Below, piece after piece: positions 1 through 13,695 of a stretch of DNA of 64,000 nt. Source of the DNA: Torpedo marmorata (Eukaryota); assembly GCA_977017645.1 (NCBI GenBank), contig OZ360223.1, positions 186,248,001 to 186,312,000 of the forward strand. The letters are read 5' to 3'. The stretch's first letter is position 1; every line of letters begins with the position of its first letter. The notes under the pieces are model-generated. The model was not told where the DNA came from. It searched no databases and saw only the letters and a program-made list of their open reading frames with translations. Made by a program: the position numbers and the translations under genes.

Positions 1-315
1 CCAGATGGGGTATTCAGCAATGCTAATGCTATTGAAAATGGAGGATAGCTGGTTACATTCTATCTTATTGGAGGTGGTTATTACCTAGTACTTCTGTGGT
101 ATAAATGTTACTTAACATTCATGAGCTTCTGCCTGAAAATTGTCAAGGCTTTTCTGCATGCTGAGATCGGCTGCTTCATTTGCTGAGGAATTGCAAATGG
201 AATTGGACATTATAGCATCAGTGAAATTCCCCACTTCTGGTCATCTGATGGAGGGAAGGTCATTGATCATGCAGCTGAAGATGGTTGGGCTAAGGACACG
301 ACCCTGAAGAACAAC
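1..315 (-). mobile_element. Old CR1/L2-group LINE, RT fragment (family A)
   Basis: Minus strand reads a degenerate ...QG.VLSPTIFSC.INDLPS...EVG.F.D. RT motif; same family as 16010-19440. Confidence 0.75.
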
Positions 316-431
316 TGGGCTAGTTGCATAACTACTCGTGTCATGCAGATCGTCAGTATTGCAGTTGGGCTGTTGACTTGTGTTGAGTGAATTGGAATGG
401 CCGTAGACTTTCTCCTCATGGCTTTGTATGT

Positions 432-785
432 GGGAGATCGTGTCTCACAGATATGATCGTTTTTTAAAAATATTTTATTTAGATTGTTTTTTTAAAAAGA
501 GGTGACCTGGAGGATTGATGAGGGCAGGGTGATAGACTTTGTAAGCATGGACTTTAGCAAGTTCTTTGACAAGGTCCCACATGGCAGGTTAGGCAGGAAA
601 GTTCAATCACTTGGGCTCCAAGGTGATCTGGTCAATTGGATTCAAAACCGGCTGAGTGGAATGAGTGTGAAGGTAGTGGTGGAGGGTTGCTTTTCTGATT
701 GGAGGCCTGTGACCAGTGGTCTGCCACATGGGGTTGATGCTAGGTCTACCATTGTTTGTTATCAATAGTAAAAGTTTTGATGACA
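432..785 (+). mobile_element. CR1 (HER1-like) LINE RT fragment
   Basis: ORF 502-768: IDEGRVIDFVSMDFSKFFDKVPHGRL...WIQN..WRPVTSGLP, the CR1 DFxKAFDKVPH motif. Confidence 0.9.
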
Positions 786-794
786 ATGTATTCT

Positions 795-1020
795 GGAGTT
801 ATATGTAGGTCAGACTCGTGGGATAACTGTTTCACTCCCCTGAAAGGCATTTGTGAATTTGATGGGTTTTACAACAATCTGATGGTATGTCATTGTCATC
901 ATAACTAACTCCAGTTTGTAAACTCCCCCACCCACTACTACTACCAAATTCCAGATTATTACCTGAATTTAAATTCCATGGCTACCATTGAACTCAACCT
1001 CTGGATTGTTAGTTTTAGTG
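795..1020 (-). mobile_element. Degenerate elasmobranch SINE fragment
   Basis: gatgggttttacaacaatc...aattccagattatt..gaatttaaattcc resembles an abundant shark SINE; a related piece lies at ~19500-19610. Confidence 0.5.
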
Positions 1021-2719
1021 CATTGATCACTATTCTGATAATTTAATTGCATTGCAGCCATAGTAATTATGATTAATCTGATTATACGGAGCAGAATTAA
1101 CCACAAATAATTATTGGTTCATTGATGCACAAAAGTTAGTTTATTTGTAATATAAATGATAACACATGTTAAAATGTATTTAATGGTGGTCCACTTAAGC
1201 CAAAGAAAAAGAGTTTAGTTCAAAGTGCTACCTCCAATAGAATCTCACCATGCTTACTAATTGATCTGCGGGCATGACCGGTTTTATGGGGTGACCTTTG
1301 CCAGCATTTTTTAAAATGTGACAATAACAGAAAATAATATTTGTGCTGAATTTAATACTCTTGAAAAATTCCTCACTCTTTAATACTGATTTGGGTGTTT
1401 GGGACAATCGAGCAGATTCTATCTGATAGGTTGAGTCTTCCTCAATTCATACAAATCTCAGTGATGCAGAGGACTTTACCGTACAAACATCAATGAAGCT
1501 TTTGTGTTTAATCGTGACCACATATTCTCCCCTATAGCACTGATCTGGATGGCAGAATTTCCTTGGAAATCTAAATCATTCCATGACATATGGACTGCTG
1601 GGCATAATAAAATAGAAAGAAGACTCATTGTTTTTTTTTAACGATTACAGAAACTCTGATTTGCCCTTTATTCATCCAAAGGATGATTAGGTTATCAATC
1701 GGTGGCACTAACACGTGCAGAGTATGTGTACCATTCTCTCTCAGGTTAATTTTCCTCAAATTTGACTTGATGTTATGAAGCTAAACTTGTGCTCAATTTC
1801 CACACTGCAACTTGTAGAGCAGGGTCTTCTAGTAATAGCCAATGCAAGGGCAACTTAACAAGGTGTAGCACTAGCACAGGTCAATGAACACTTTTCAACA
1901 GAATGGTCCAACTGGTTATGTATCTAAATAAAGCCTTGCAACAATTCTGTAGTCACAATTGAATTATCAATTGACAAAGGATGATTAAAATCGCCACCCT
2001 GATCAGTTATTGCAAATATTCTTGGGGAGAGAATTGTAGATGAGCTTCATGTTGAATGGACTAAATTAGTCGATTTGAAGGCCACTTCCAGGTTTATACA
2101 TTAGTTCAACATTGCAAGAATTGAAGGAATATACATCTGTATACAGTTTGTCAAGAATGCATAGCAAAGCCACTTCAGATGTCACTATAACTAGAAATAA
2201 CTAGCTTGATCATTCCAATGAGTCCCTGTTGACTTGTGTTAAAATCGTCAGGTGGGGGGTGCCATTGAGCCCATCAATACCCATTCAAAATGATTGAGGT
2301 TAGGCATGTTGATATCTGCATGACAGCAAAGCACCCTGCTGAGGGGTTGAGATGGGTCTTTCCTACACATGACAACCAGCTGAGTTCATGTTTGGCAATA
2401 TTCATGCTTACTTCTCACTGTTTTTGAGAGTTTAATGTGAAGAATGGCACTGGCATTCTGTTGATTTCTCTGAAGCAGAGAGATCCATACATGTGCTGTA
2501 GCCTTGACGAAGCAAGTGAAGAAGGTAATTGTGGCTTCATAATGAAACATCACAAACTAACTTCTTGTAACAATACTAGGAGAGCTGTTAATGCATCTTC
2601 ATCTTTGTCTGTGATTGAGCTGGGTACACGCGAAGAGGGGAGAATATATTGGCAGTGATTGAAACAGAAGCATTTGTTTCAAGGAAAAGAAATCAAGAGA
2701 GAGAGAAAAAGATGGAGGA

Positions 2720-2812
2720 AAAAAAAATTGCTGGAGGAACTCAGTGGACCGAGCAGAATTTGTGGCAGGGGTGGAGGAATTGCAGTTGATTTGGGTTGAG
2801 ATCCTGCATCAG
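2720..2812 (-). mobile_element. Penelope-like terminal fragment (single arm)
   Basis: ttgctggaggaactcagtgg... matches the arms of the hairpin elements at 42901 and 58174. Confidence 0.6.
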
Positions 2813-2930
2813 AGAGAAAGATAGATCTCAGGTGCAAGAGTCAGCAATGGGACCTCTATGAAGCAGTCATACCTGTAGTCTGAGAAGCTACTTCCATTGC
2901 ATTGGGAATTGTGACTGAAATATCCATGTA

Positions 2931-4265
2931 CAGTGCCCTCCATAAAGTTTGGGACAAAGACACTTCTTTCCTTTATTTGCTCCTGTGCTCCACAGTTTTC
3001 AATTTGTAATCAAACTTCAAAAACGTACTGGGGGTGTAGGTTAATGGGGTGTAAATTGGGCGGCACGGACTCGTAGGCTGAAATGGCCTGTATGTCTAAA
3101 TTTTTTTTTTTAAATTAAAAAAAAAAAAAAAATCAATTCACATGTAATTAAAGTGCACATTCCAGATTTTATTCAAGGGTATTTGTATACATTTTGGTTT
3201 GACCTTGTAGAAATTACAGCACTTTTTTAGACATAGTCCCCTCATTTCAGGGCACTGTAATGTTTGGGACAATTGGCTTCACAAGTGTTTGTGAGTACTC
3301 AGGTATGTTTAATTGCTTCATTGGTGCAGGAATAAGAGAGCTAGACTTGCTTCTAAGCTTTTGATCACCTTTCTAGTCTATAGTTACCATTTTTCAACAT
3401 GAGGACCAGAGTTATGCCAATGAAAGTCAAATAAGGCATTATGAAGCTGAAAAACAAGAATAAAACATTGAGAGACACCGCCCAAACTTTAGGATTACCA
3501 AAATCAACAGTTTGGAACATCATTAAGAAGAAAGAGCGTACTGGTGAGCTCAGTAATCACAAAGGGACTAGTATTCCAAGGAAGACCTCCACTGCTGATG
3601 ACTGAAGAATTCTTATCATAATGAAGAAAAATTCCCAAATATATGTCTGACAGATCAGAAACACTATTCTGGAGGCAGGTGTGGATATGTTAATGACTAC
3701 TGTCTGCAGAAGACTTCATGAACAGAAATACAGAGGCTACACTGCAAGATGCAAACCACTAGTTAGCTACAGAATGGATGGCCAGATTACAGTTTGCCAA
3801 GAAGTATTTAAAAGAGCCTGCAGAATTCTGGAAAAAATGTCTTGTGGACAGATGAGACCAAGATTAACCTGTATCAGAGTGATGGCAAGAGCAAAGTGTG
3901 GAGGCGTAAAGGAACTGCCCAAGATCCAAAGCATACCACCTTTGCCATGGTTTTCATCTTGCAGTGTAGCCTCTGTATTTCTGTCAATTAAGTCTTCTGT
4001 GGAGAGTAGTCATTGACATATCCATACCTGCCTCCTGAAGCAAATTTCTGATATGTCAGACATACGTTTGGGAATTTTTCTTCATTATGATGAGAATTCT
4101 TCTGTCATCAGTAGTGGAAGTCTTGCTTGGCCAACCAGTCCCTTTGCAATTACTGAGCTCACTTTAATTACATGTGAATTGTTTGATTTCAAATTGAAAA
4201 CTGTGGAGCACAGGGGCAAATAAAGGGAAAAAAGTGATTTGTCCCAAATATTATGGAGGGCTCTG
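2931..4265 (+). mobile_element. Tc1/mariner DNA transposon, defective, foldback structure
   Basis: TA|CAGTGCCCTCCATAAAGTTTGGGACAAA ... TTTGTCCCAAATATTATGGAGGGCTCTG|TA with ~100-bp inverted ends and TA TSD. Broken transposase from ATG 3399 (TAQTLGLPKSTVWNIIKK HTH; LWTDETKINLY with first catalytic D), truncated at ~3940. Confidence 0.93.
3016..3132 (+). mobile_element. HE1-type V-SINE 3' fragment inserted in the Tc1 left TIR
   Basis: gtgtaggttaatggggtgtaaattgggcggcacgg...gaaatggcctgtatgtctaaa plus A/T tail; interrupts the TIR relative to the right arm. Confidence 0.8.
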
Positions 4266-5699
4266 TAGATCAAATGATGAAGGAACTTGGAGATTTTAAT
4301 AGGTTTCCTGAGCAAAGATGTTTTCCTGATGTAAAAGTAAAGCCACCACTGAAAAAATGCCTAATGTTTCATCTGTGGCATTCTTAGCCGTTAAAAATAA
4401 TTTAACACCATTTTAGGTGAGGTTTTTTTTAGAATATTTGCTGAAAACTTATGATTTTAGAATTCAATAAGGGAGCAAGAGATGAATAAAACATGGGATT
4501 TTTCCAATCTTCCAGCTTTAGTTTATAGTTAATCTTTATGATAAAAAAGAATGGGAGTTGTCTGGTATTAAAAAGAGATTGGAGTATGAACTATATATTT
4601 AATTTCTCTATATAAATTGGAAAGAAAATGCATAATACAGTAATAATAAGAGTCAATGTGCATTGTTTTCTGGTATCCAAATGTGGAAAGCAATCTTCTT
4701 ACCAACAATGTAATCTTGCTTTGCCTTATTTATGTACGCTGTCCCCTGCCTCCAAAAATATCTGGATTGTTCATACACAGTTTTGGGTGTCAGAGATGGA
4801 GATAAGTAGAGGCCATATATTCATGTTTTTTCAGTTATACCTTTGCTGTTTATTCCTCATCATTTATTTTACCATTAAAGAATACAATACTTTCTTCATT
4901 ACAGTAACCTCATGTTTACAATACTTTTGCCTGGAAATTGAATTGCATTCATCATTGATGTGCAAAAACCTGGTTGTGCCAAAGTTAAGCCTGAAACTGC
5001 ATCAGGATGGTTTACACCTAGAAATGAGTGCTACAGGGGGATCTGCATGTTTCCTGACAGTACTTTGGCCTGTTTCTTGCACCTCTTGACAACTCTTGCT
5101 GCCCAGCCTACAGAGAAAAGCATCAGCCCTTAAAGGTACATTACCTCTGATATGTTGGAGGAGATATTCACACAATCAAAACTCAAGTTTTGTCCATCAA
5201 GCTACATGCTGCTGGGAGATTCAGATGATCCCCAAGCTCACAAATGAAAAAAAAAAACGCCTAGAAGGAAGTAGTATTATAAAGGGTTGTAACCACCACT
5301 TATTTACATTTGCAGAATAGAGGTTTTCCCAGTAATTGTGTTTTGTGTGGAGATCTGAGTTCTTTAAGCAGGATGCCACTCATCAGGATGTGTGCATCTG
5401 TTGTCCCAGGCTAAGAAAATAATCAAAGTAAAAATTCTTTCATTGATATGTTATACGTAATGAAGATGGAACTTCACAACAGGATTCAAGAGATCATATA
5501 AATCGTTTAGGCCTTCCTGGCTGCACTGTCTTGGAGTTGACAATTGTAACGTGAAAATGGTCACATGTTTTATATTGAAGAATTTTATTTTGCAGGGTTG
5601 TTATGAAAATGGGCTCTCTAATAGGGAGTCCCTTAATCTTGTCCAGATAGACTCTGCCACCTTTACTGAGTGGGAGATAAGATTGAGAGTGCCGAGTAG

Positions 5700-6480
5700 G
5701 GACATGTTCAATTTCAATTCCTGTTAGCCTTCCTCCTCTTCCTCTTCTTCATGGATCTCAGGCTTTGGGACTCCTTGCACTTCTTTCTTCAAGGGCGGGC
5801 TACTGTCTTCACTTAGCAAAGTTCTGCAGCATACAGTGGATGATAAAGTTGTCTTTGGACATGCACTGCTGATCACCTGCATACTGATGCAGGTAACAAA
5901 TAGAGCACACTGGTGTTATAGCCGTGGGAGTTGCAGAATAGCCCTTGTCCCCCATGGTCCATCCCTCTGGGTCGTGCTGAAAATGCCCAGCCTTTGGACT
6001 CTCAAGATGAAGTCCTTCCTGAAAACATGACATTAACACTGAAGAAGTTCTTGTGATCCACATAACCTTCATGTTGTTGGGGATGGAAATCTTTTGGCTT
6101 ATTGAAAGATTTTGATTATTAAAGGGAGCCCTTGTGGGCAGTGAGCAGCAAACTGTAAGTCACTGCAGCCACTTGGAAATATCCTGGAGTGAGGAGGTTG
6201 AAAGTGAATGTGACCTTGACCTCCAGGGAGAGAGCACACCAGACATAGAAGGATGGGAAAGGGTCTTCCATATTACATTTCTTAGTGAGAACAGCCTTGG
6301 AAATCTGAGCCTGCAAATGCGTTATTCTTTTGAGGTCCAGGTAGAATGTGAGCTCTCTGAAGCATCTCTGGGTGTAGGTTCTTTTCTGATGGTGTGTCTT
6401 TGCTCCTTGGCCAACGATTGCCACCCACACTGTATGACCACTCTCTAAGAAGGGAATGCCACCAGCGGTGCCACCACTGA
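5700..6480 (-). mobile_element. PIF/Harbinger (HARBI1-type) transposase fossil
   Basis: Minus ORFs give ALSLEVKVTFTFNLLTPGYFQ (~ALPVAVKVTxALNFxASGSFQ), EGWTMGDKGY...ITPV (~GWLLGDKGY..LMTP) and CMLQNFA (~CxLHNxA), followed by an acidic tract. Confidence 0.8.
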
Positions 6481-8589
6481 TGCATCCATTAACTGAGTTT
6501 CTCAGCAGCTAAATGCTGAAAGAAAAGACTCGTTGTCTGTTGCCGCACTCTGTTGGATGAGTTTATTGTCAGTTCTGAAGGTGCTTAGTCAGGTCCCTGG
6601 TCACTTTAAATAGCAAAATTAGTAACAAGGCAACATGATGAGATCCTTGTTCTACTGAGACTGTTCCACAGTGATTGTACTGTGAGGCTTTCTGAACAAT
6701 TTATGTGTGTAACACATGCTCGAAAAGCATGCGTTATACAAATAATATTATTTGACGTAATTAGCATGAGAAAAATGTCAGACATGCTATTATGAAGAGT
6801 GAACAGAACCATTTGGTCCAGTTTATTGATTGAATCAATTTCACCTGGAAATAATCAGCAATGCAGTTCACTCCTAATGAAGTTGAAATTAAATTGGTTT
6901 GCTCCTGAAAAAGGGTGCCATGTAATCCATTTTCTGGGATCTTCTGTTGTGTTTATATCCGTTACTTTAATTGAGAATGATTTAAATTATATTACTTATT
7001 CCTTAATATCCGACTGCCCAATAGGAGGGGTAAAATGTTGCCTTAAAGTTAACCTTACCAGTTTAACGATAGTTTCACAGCTGTTTTAGAGCATGTGTTT
7101 AGGTTGCAAGACACCAGTGGCACTTGTCATAATGAAGAATGAATCTTTCAACATGTTGTGGCTGAAAAGGCTGAGTAAAGTGGTTTATGGCAGGATTGTT
7201 TGTCCCACAGACCATGGGGTTAATTAGAGGTTACCATTGCCTCACCCCTTCCCTTCTCTCCTCCCCCAGCTGGAAGCACAACAGGACTCTGAGCACAGTC
7301 AGTCTGCAGTCATGACTTTGACCTACAGCTGACAGATGATACCACATAGAAAAATATAAGTTTCTTTCACCCTGAGTGAATGTCTCCACATACGAAGAGT
7401 TTTACATCAATCAGGATTAGTGTGTGCATATTATATGTTGTTTATTTAAATGTAATTTATGCATGTATAGATGTATGCAATTCTGCTAGAATATGTAATG
7501 CAAAATCATATGAGAAAACTGCTTTAAGGTTGTTTATTCTTCCTGCTTGAGGCATATTTGATTTCTTTTATAAAGTTTCCTATGTTGTTCATTGACTTTC
7601 ATTGATGTATACAGATATAAATTGTTACAATCAGATGTTTATATGAAAAATGTGAATGTAGATGTATACATTTGTAAGCACAGTATGAGAGGGCTTGTAG
7701 CGCCTCACTTGGGAGTTTTCTGACCGTCACGTTTTGCAGAATAGCTTGCTTTGGAAACTCAACTCAGAGGGCCTCTATTACCCACTTGGAAAAATGCAAA
7801 GTTTTTCAGTATTTCTTGTCATTTTTAAAGAGTTTTAATTTCAAGACATTTTTAAATGAAATGTAAATATTTCATGTAGTATATTTTTTGATGCATTTAC
7901 TAACCTAAGAAAATGTTTTGTGAAACTGCTTATTTGACGACATGTCTTTTCTGAACCTGTTGAACTGCTATTTTACTGCGCCAGATTGTGTGCCTCTTTG
8001 GGGCAATTCTCTTGTGCTTCATTGAGGGAAGAACTGACTCTTTTCTGGATTAAAGAAATTTGCAGTGCAGTTATGTTTGGACAAGTCAGCAGTACTTGCT
8101 CACTTGATACCTGTACAAAAGAAATTTAAATTTGTACATATTAGAATTTGGAATTGACTACTGATAGCTGCAAGGTTTAATACAAGGCGCATTTTAAACC
8201 AATTGTCACTTGTGTTGATTTTCTGCAAAAGTGAATTTGAGAAGCTCTTCAGTTTAAAATTACCGGAGAGAGAATTTTGCAACCAGATTAGGATTCGAAA
8301 AAGGCAACAAAAAAAAATGTAATGGGCATAACATACTGGTAGTTCAAATTTGCTTTTTATTGTTTTGTTTAAATATAATGAAATATGATGAGGAGCTTTG
8401 TTTTTCTTAGATCTTTTCCTCAATTCCTGTGTCTTTTCATCATCACAATGGAACTATATCTTCTGATGACCCATCATGCTAACTCCTTGGATGTTCTGAT
8501 TGAGCTTAAATTCTCTTATAGGAAGGAAATTAATAGCCAAATGAATGAATAAGATGACTCAACACAAAAAATAACTGCTGATTGTTCTA

Positions 8590-9620
8590 TGATCCTTACC
8601 TTTACTTAACAATGGCCCCAGCGTTCAGGGGAAATATCCCAAATTCAATGCAGAGTGTTAAGGAAGGGAACCTGCAGACCGTACCTCCTCCTGAGTATAA
8701 AGCTAATGCCACAGAGCTAAAAATACACATTCAAATCCTTTGCGCAAACACCTCACTGCCCCTTCCTTGCTTCTTATGAATGAAAGTTGTGAAAAAGAAA
8801 CACCCCTCTCCCCCTCCACTATCACTATCATCACTCCTCTCTCTTTACATTTGAGAACATCTTCTCAAATCCTTCTGAATCTTGCAGCTCCTCACCTAGG
8901 TGGATATCTATATGCTGAACCAGGTATACATTTTCTACCCCATTGTCTCTCTGCACTGGCCATATGGGTGGATCTTGTCCCTGGACTGTTGCTACTCGTT
9001 TTCCTTTTCATTAAATAATATTGACACTAGCCATTATGATCTATCTTTCTAAAACTACTATTGCCCCTTTCTTTCTGCCTTTTATTCTGAATTTCTCCTC
9101 CTCATCAACCTCTTCCTCTATGTCATTTACCTTCCCCTTTGAAGTTCTGTTACNNNNNNNNNNNNNNNNNNNNNNNNNNNNNNNNNNNNNNNNNNNNNNN
9201 NNNNNNNNNNNNNNNNNNNNNNNNNNNNNNNNNNNNNNNNNNNNNNNNNNNNNNNNNNNNNNNNNNNNNNNNNNNNNNNNNNNNNNATATCTAGGTACTG
9301 TTTTTAGTACATGTCTGGAGTATTGAAACCATTATTTATTGCAGGAGATTATTCCATTGCATTGATCAAACCTATTCTCTCACTGGTATATTTCCCAAAA
9401 CCTGTCTGTAGTTACAGACACTATCAATGATTGCAATACATTTACGGTACTATATCCACCAGTTTATTAAATGATGTTACAATAACCTTCAAAACATTTG
9501 TTGGATTCGTTTCTCCATTTATGAAAGCCAATCTGACCAGTACAAAACCACAGACACAGTCGGACAGAATACAATTCTCAAAACTTTGTATTTTAATGAT
9601 AATAATTTTGCAAGTATAGA
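8590..9620 (-). mobile_element. Possible highly decayed Tx1/L1 ORF1-endonuclease junction
   Basis: Minus strand ~9035 reads IIMASVNI, like an APE N-terminal xASxNV motif, with weak ORF1-like sequence upstream; heavily broken and spans the N gap. Confidence 0.3.
9154..9286. other. Assembly gap (133 N)
   Basis: Run of N. Confidence 1.
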
Positions 9621-9872
9621 GTAACTAGTTTTAGAAACGAGATTTGAGTGAATAGTGGGCAGAATAGGAGAACCATTTGCATTCTTCTCAGAGCCACAGA
9701 TTAAACTGCTTGATGAAATTCTACTGAGATCTTGTTTGATTTATAACAAATGTTAATGATTTTGCTCTCCCTCTCCCACCACTTCCCTTGTGCAATAGGT
9801 TTGGGTTCTCTTGACTCAATCAGACCTTCACAGCTCTATAAAGGTACAAGTCATTTCCAGTTTGTGAAATTC

Positions 9873-12096
9873 TTTTTTTTTTTTTTTTTTTTATTATTTT
9901 ATTTAAATTTTTTAAATCACATAATACATAATTCAAAATCCAAAATATATAATTCCAAAATACAGTGATATAAATTTCCTCCCCCCACTCCCTCCCACCC
10001 CTCCCCAACCCCCCAGTCCCACTATACTAAAAATAAAATAGATAAAGAAAAATAAAGAGAAAAAGAAAAAGAGATTAATAATGAGGAGAGAGCCATCTAA
10101 AAACTAATTCTAATCTGGAGGTTAAACTCGCCAATAGACCTAGTTCCCAAAAAATTTCAAATCCTCAAACCCATAACCCTCATGTATGGGCTCCAAATTT
10201 TTAAAAATAAATGATATTTATTCCGTAAATTATAGGTAATTTTTTCCAAAGGAATACATGAACGAAGTTCTGCATGCCATCTATCTAAATTCAAATCTAA
10301 ATCTGATTTCCAAGTAATAGCGATACATTTTTTTGAAACCGCTAAAACAATACGTAAAAACTCTACCTGATACATATTCAATCTGTTCCTAATACTAAAT
10401 TTTCTAATATCTCCAAATAAAAATAACATAGGGTCCAATAAAAACCTAACATTGAAAACTCTTTCTAAAAAATCTTTAACTTTAAACCAAAAATCTTGAA
10501 TCTTAGGACATGACCATGTAGAATGAACAAAAGAACCTACTTCATTCTTACATCTAAAACACAAATCTGACAATGCCGGATTAAATTTCTTTAGTTTTTT
10601 TGGTGTTAAGTATAATTGATGAAAAAAATTATATTGTACCAATCTATACCTAACATTAATAACTTTAGTCATACTTAACTTACATAAATCCTCCCAATGT
10701 TTTTGATCTATACTAATATTTAAATCTAATTCCCATCTTAATCTTGATTTATGTAACCCTACTTTAGGCATTTTTTTCTGAAGTAATTTATACATTTGAG
10801 AAATAAACTTATTAATATTTGTTTTAGTAATTAATAATTCCAACTCATTATATCTTGGAGTAATCAAATTATCTCCTAATTTCTCAACTAGAAAAGCTTT
10901 AATCTGATAATAGACTAACCATGTATTATCTAATATATCAAATTTTTCTTTCAGTCTTTGAAATGTAACAAATCTTCCAGCTTCAAAACAATCTTTAAAA
11001 TTTTTAATACCTTTTTGAAACCATATTTTTAATAATTGATTATTCATAGAAAACGGTAAAAGTGGATTTTGATATATTGGCATATTTAATGAAATCTTAC
11101 CTTTCCCACCTATTCTTTTATCTACCTCTGTCCATATATCCAATAAATGTTTAATAATCGGTGAATTTTTCTTTTTAACTGATAATAATTTAGAATTCCA
11201 CTTATAAATAATATCCTCCTTATAATTTTCTCCGATATTATTTAATTCTATATTAATCCAAGCAGAAGTTTTAACTAAATCAAAAAATTCATTAACAAAT
11301 TTTAATTGAGCTGCTTTATAATAATATTGAAAATTAGGGAGTTGCATACCTCCCATCTCATAACTCCATGTTAACTTCTCCATACTCACTCTTGCTAACT
11401 TCCCTTTCCATAAAAATTTCCTAACTATAAATTTTAAATCTTTAAAAAATTTTTTTGGAATTCCAAAAGGAATTGATTGAAAAAGATATTGAATTCTTGG
11501 AAAAATATTCATCTTAATACAATTTACTCTCCCCATTAAAGTTATAGGTAAATCTTTCCAATTTTCCAAATCTTTCTTTATTTTTGTAAGTAAAGGTACA
11601 TAATTTAATTTATATAAAATTCTCTAATTTTGTATCTACTTTTACTCCCAAATATTTAATTCCTTCTTTTGCCCATTTAAATTCCGTAACTTCTTTACAT
11701 CTAGTATAATCACCTTGAGATAAAGCCATTATTTCACTTTTATCCGCATTAATTTTATATCCAGAAATTTCACCATATTCTGTTAATATAATAGCTAAAT
11801 GTTGAAGTGATGAAACTGATTTTGTCATATATATTAATACATCATCTGCAAACAAACTAATCTTATGCTCTTCTATACCAACTTTAATCCCCACTATATT
11901 AGAATCTGTCCTAATCAATTCAGCTACAGGTTCTATTGCCAAAACAAATAAAGCTGGTGATAAGGGACAGCCCTGTCTTGTAGAACGCGTTAAAGAAAAT
12001 TTTGACGATATTTGTCCATTTGTAATTACTTTAGCTGTAGGTTCCTTATATATAGTTTTAATCCAATTTATAAAAGTATTCCCAAAACCAAATTTT
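9873..12096 (-). mobile_element. Young 5'-truncated L1-clade LINE (RT C-terminal half, CCHC domain, 3' UTR, polyA)
   Basis: TRQGCPLSPALF, LFADD, KYLGV, CFRC...HSTWSC. Poly(T) 9873-9892. TSD AGTTTGTGAAATTC at 9859-9872 and 12097-12110. One frameshift at ~11615. Confidence 0.97.
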
Positions 12097-13019
12097 AGTT
12101 TGTGAAATTCTTGATGTTGGAGTGAAAGCTCCCAATTGAAATTAATTTGAAGAAATTCATCTGTTTGCACTACTGAAGACTCCACATTGACTAATGTCAT
12201 CACAAGCACCATTTCAATACTTGGAAGATCATGCATGTGTATAATTTAAGTTCTAAATTTCAATACCTGACTGCAACATTATTATTTTCAATTTCTTGGT
12301 TCAGTGGCATGAAATATTCCTTTTTGAGGGATAAAATGATAGCTGTTTCTTCAATTTGTTTGGAGCAATTTCCTTCCATTATAAATTTTTTTTAAAGTCT
12401 GTTAACTGTAGAACTGCCCAACTATTTTTCCTCAAACTAAGAGTGCTGCAAAGAAGAGGAAGAGTTTAAAAATAAATGAGGAATGATTAAGTAATTGATG
12501 TTATTGACAGAAGATATGTGAAGGAAAAATGCTGCATAAGGTATGAGGAAAATTGGCAGGTCGTTTTTTTAAACTTCTAATGCAATCATGAAACGAGAAG
12601 TAATATAACGTAAAAAGCTTGTAACCTGTGCTATTGCTATAGAATATTATGGGATCCTTTTGCAATTTGAGGGCTGGAACATTCTTGACTCAGACAATGC
12701 TTTGTATTCGACCACACAAGAACTCCAAGGCTACATTTAACTTTTTTTCTGGTCCCAGGGGTCTAATCAAACAAGGCCTTGCCTCTGGAGCTATACTGCA
12801 GTGACTAGGCCCTGGGTAGTGGGAATCAGAAGGCCTACTCCTGTACTGCCCCAATAGCCTTCTGATGCCTTGTGTGTAAAAAAAAAGAAAAATGTGTTTA
12901 AAATACAAATTATGTAAATTCATCATAAAATTTATATTACTTGAAGTTAACAAAACCAAATCACTTGCCTTTGCTTACTTTTCCATCCAGATTGAATGGG
13001 GCTATGCCCCATACTCCTC

Positions 13020-13192
13020 TGTATTGCACAGTCAGATGTTTACATTTGTTTCTTTGTTTACATGTGCACATTGTGTACAGTTATTTTTGCACTACCAATA
13101 AGTGGTAATTCTGCCTGACCTGCAGGAAAAAAAATCTCAATGTACATGACATACATTGTCATGTATGTACTCTGACAATAAATCTGAAATCT
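13020..13192 (+). mobile_element. Rex1/Babar LINE 3' UTR fragment
   Basis: Matches the 3' UTRs at 35766 and 45509; ends gtactctgacaataaatctgaaatct. Confidence 0.85.
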
Positions 13193-13282
13193 AATTATGT
13201 CAACCATGGTTGTCAGAAAGCTGAAGGGTGAGATACAAAATATCTCTTCTCTTGGCCAATGCCCTTGAGCTCTGCCCTGAAC

Positions 13283-13695
13283 TAGCAACGTAGCAAATAT
13301 AGCCAGGTCCATCACAGGCTCCGACCTCCCATCTATTGAAGACATCTGTATGAGGCGCTGCCTCAAGAAAACAGTCAACATCATCAAGGACCGCCATCAC
13401 CTTGGACACAACGTCTTCTCACTGCTACCTTCATGCAGAAGATACAGAAACCTGAAGACCATTACCTCTAGGTTCAAAAACAGTTTCTGTCCAGCTAACA
13501 GGGTCTTGAATCTCCTCTTATCTGCACTATTGTAATGCCACATTTTTTTCTTGCATTATGGTAACTATAAATATTTATTATCGACCTATCTTTTGTATTT
13601 ATTAGCTTTTTAGTTTAATATGGCTGCAGCAAGTCAGAATTTCAAGGCATATGTACACTGTACAATATATATGACATTAAACTCATTATCATCTC
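13283..13695 (+). mobile_element. Rex1/Babar LINE 3' fragment
   Basis: RCLKKTVNIIKDRHHLGHNVFSLLPSCRRYRNLKTITSRFKNSF, the Rex1 C-terminal motif. Confidence 0.88.

Noticed and set aside
4628-5320. 153-aa and 74-aa ORFs in unique sequence
   Set aside because: No recognisable domain or splice structure; composition typical of random AT-rich intron.
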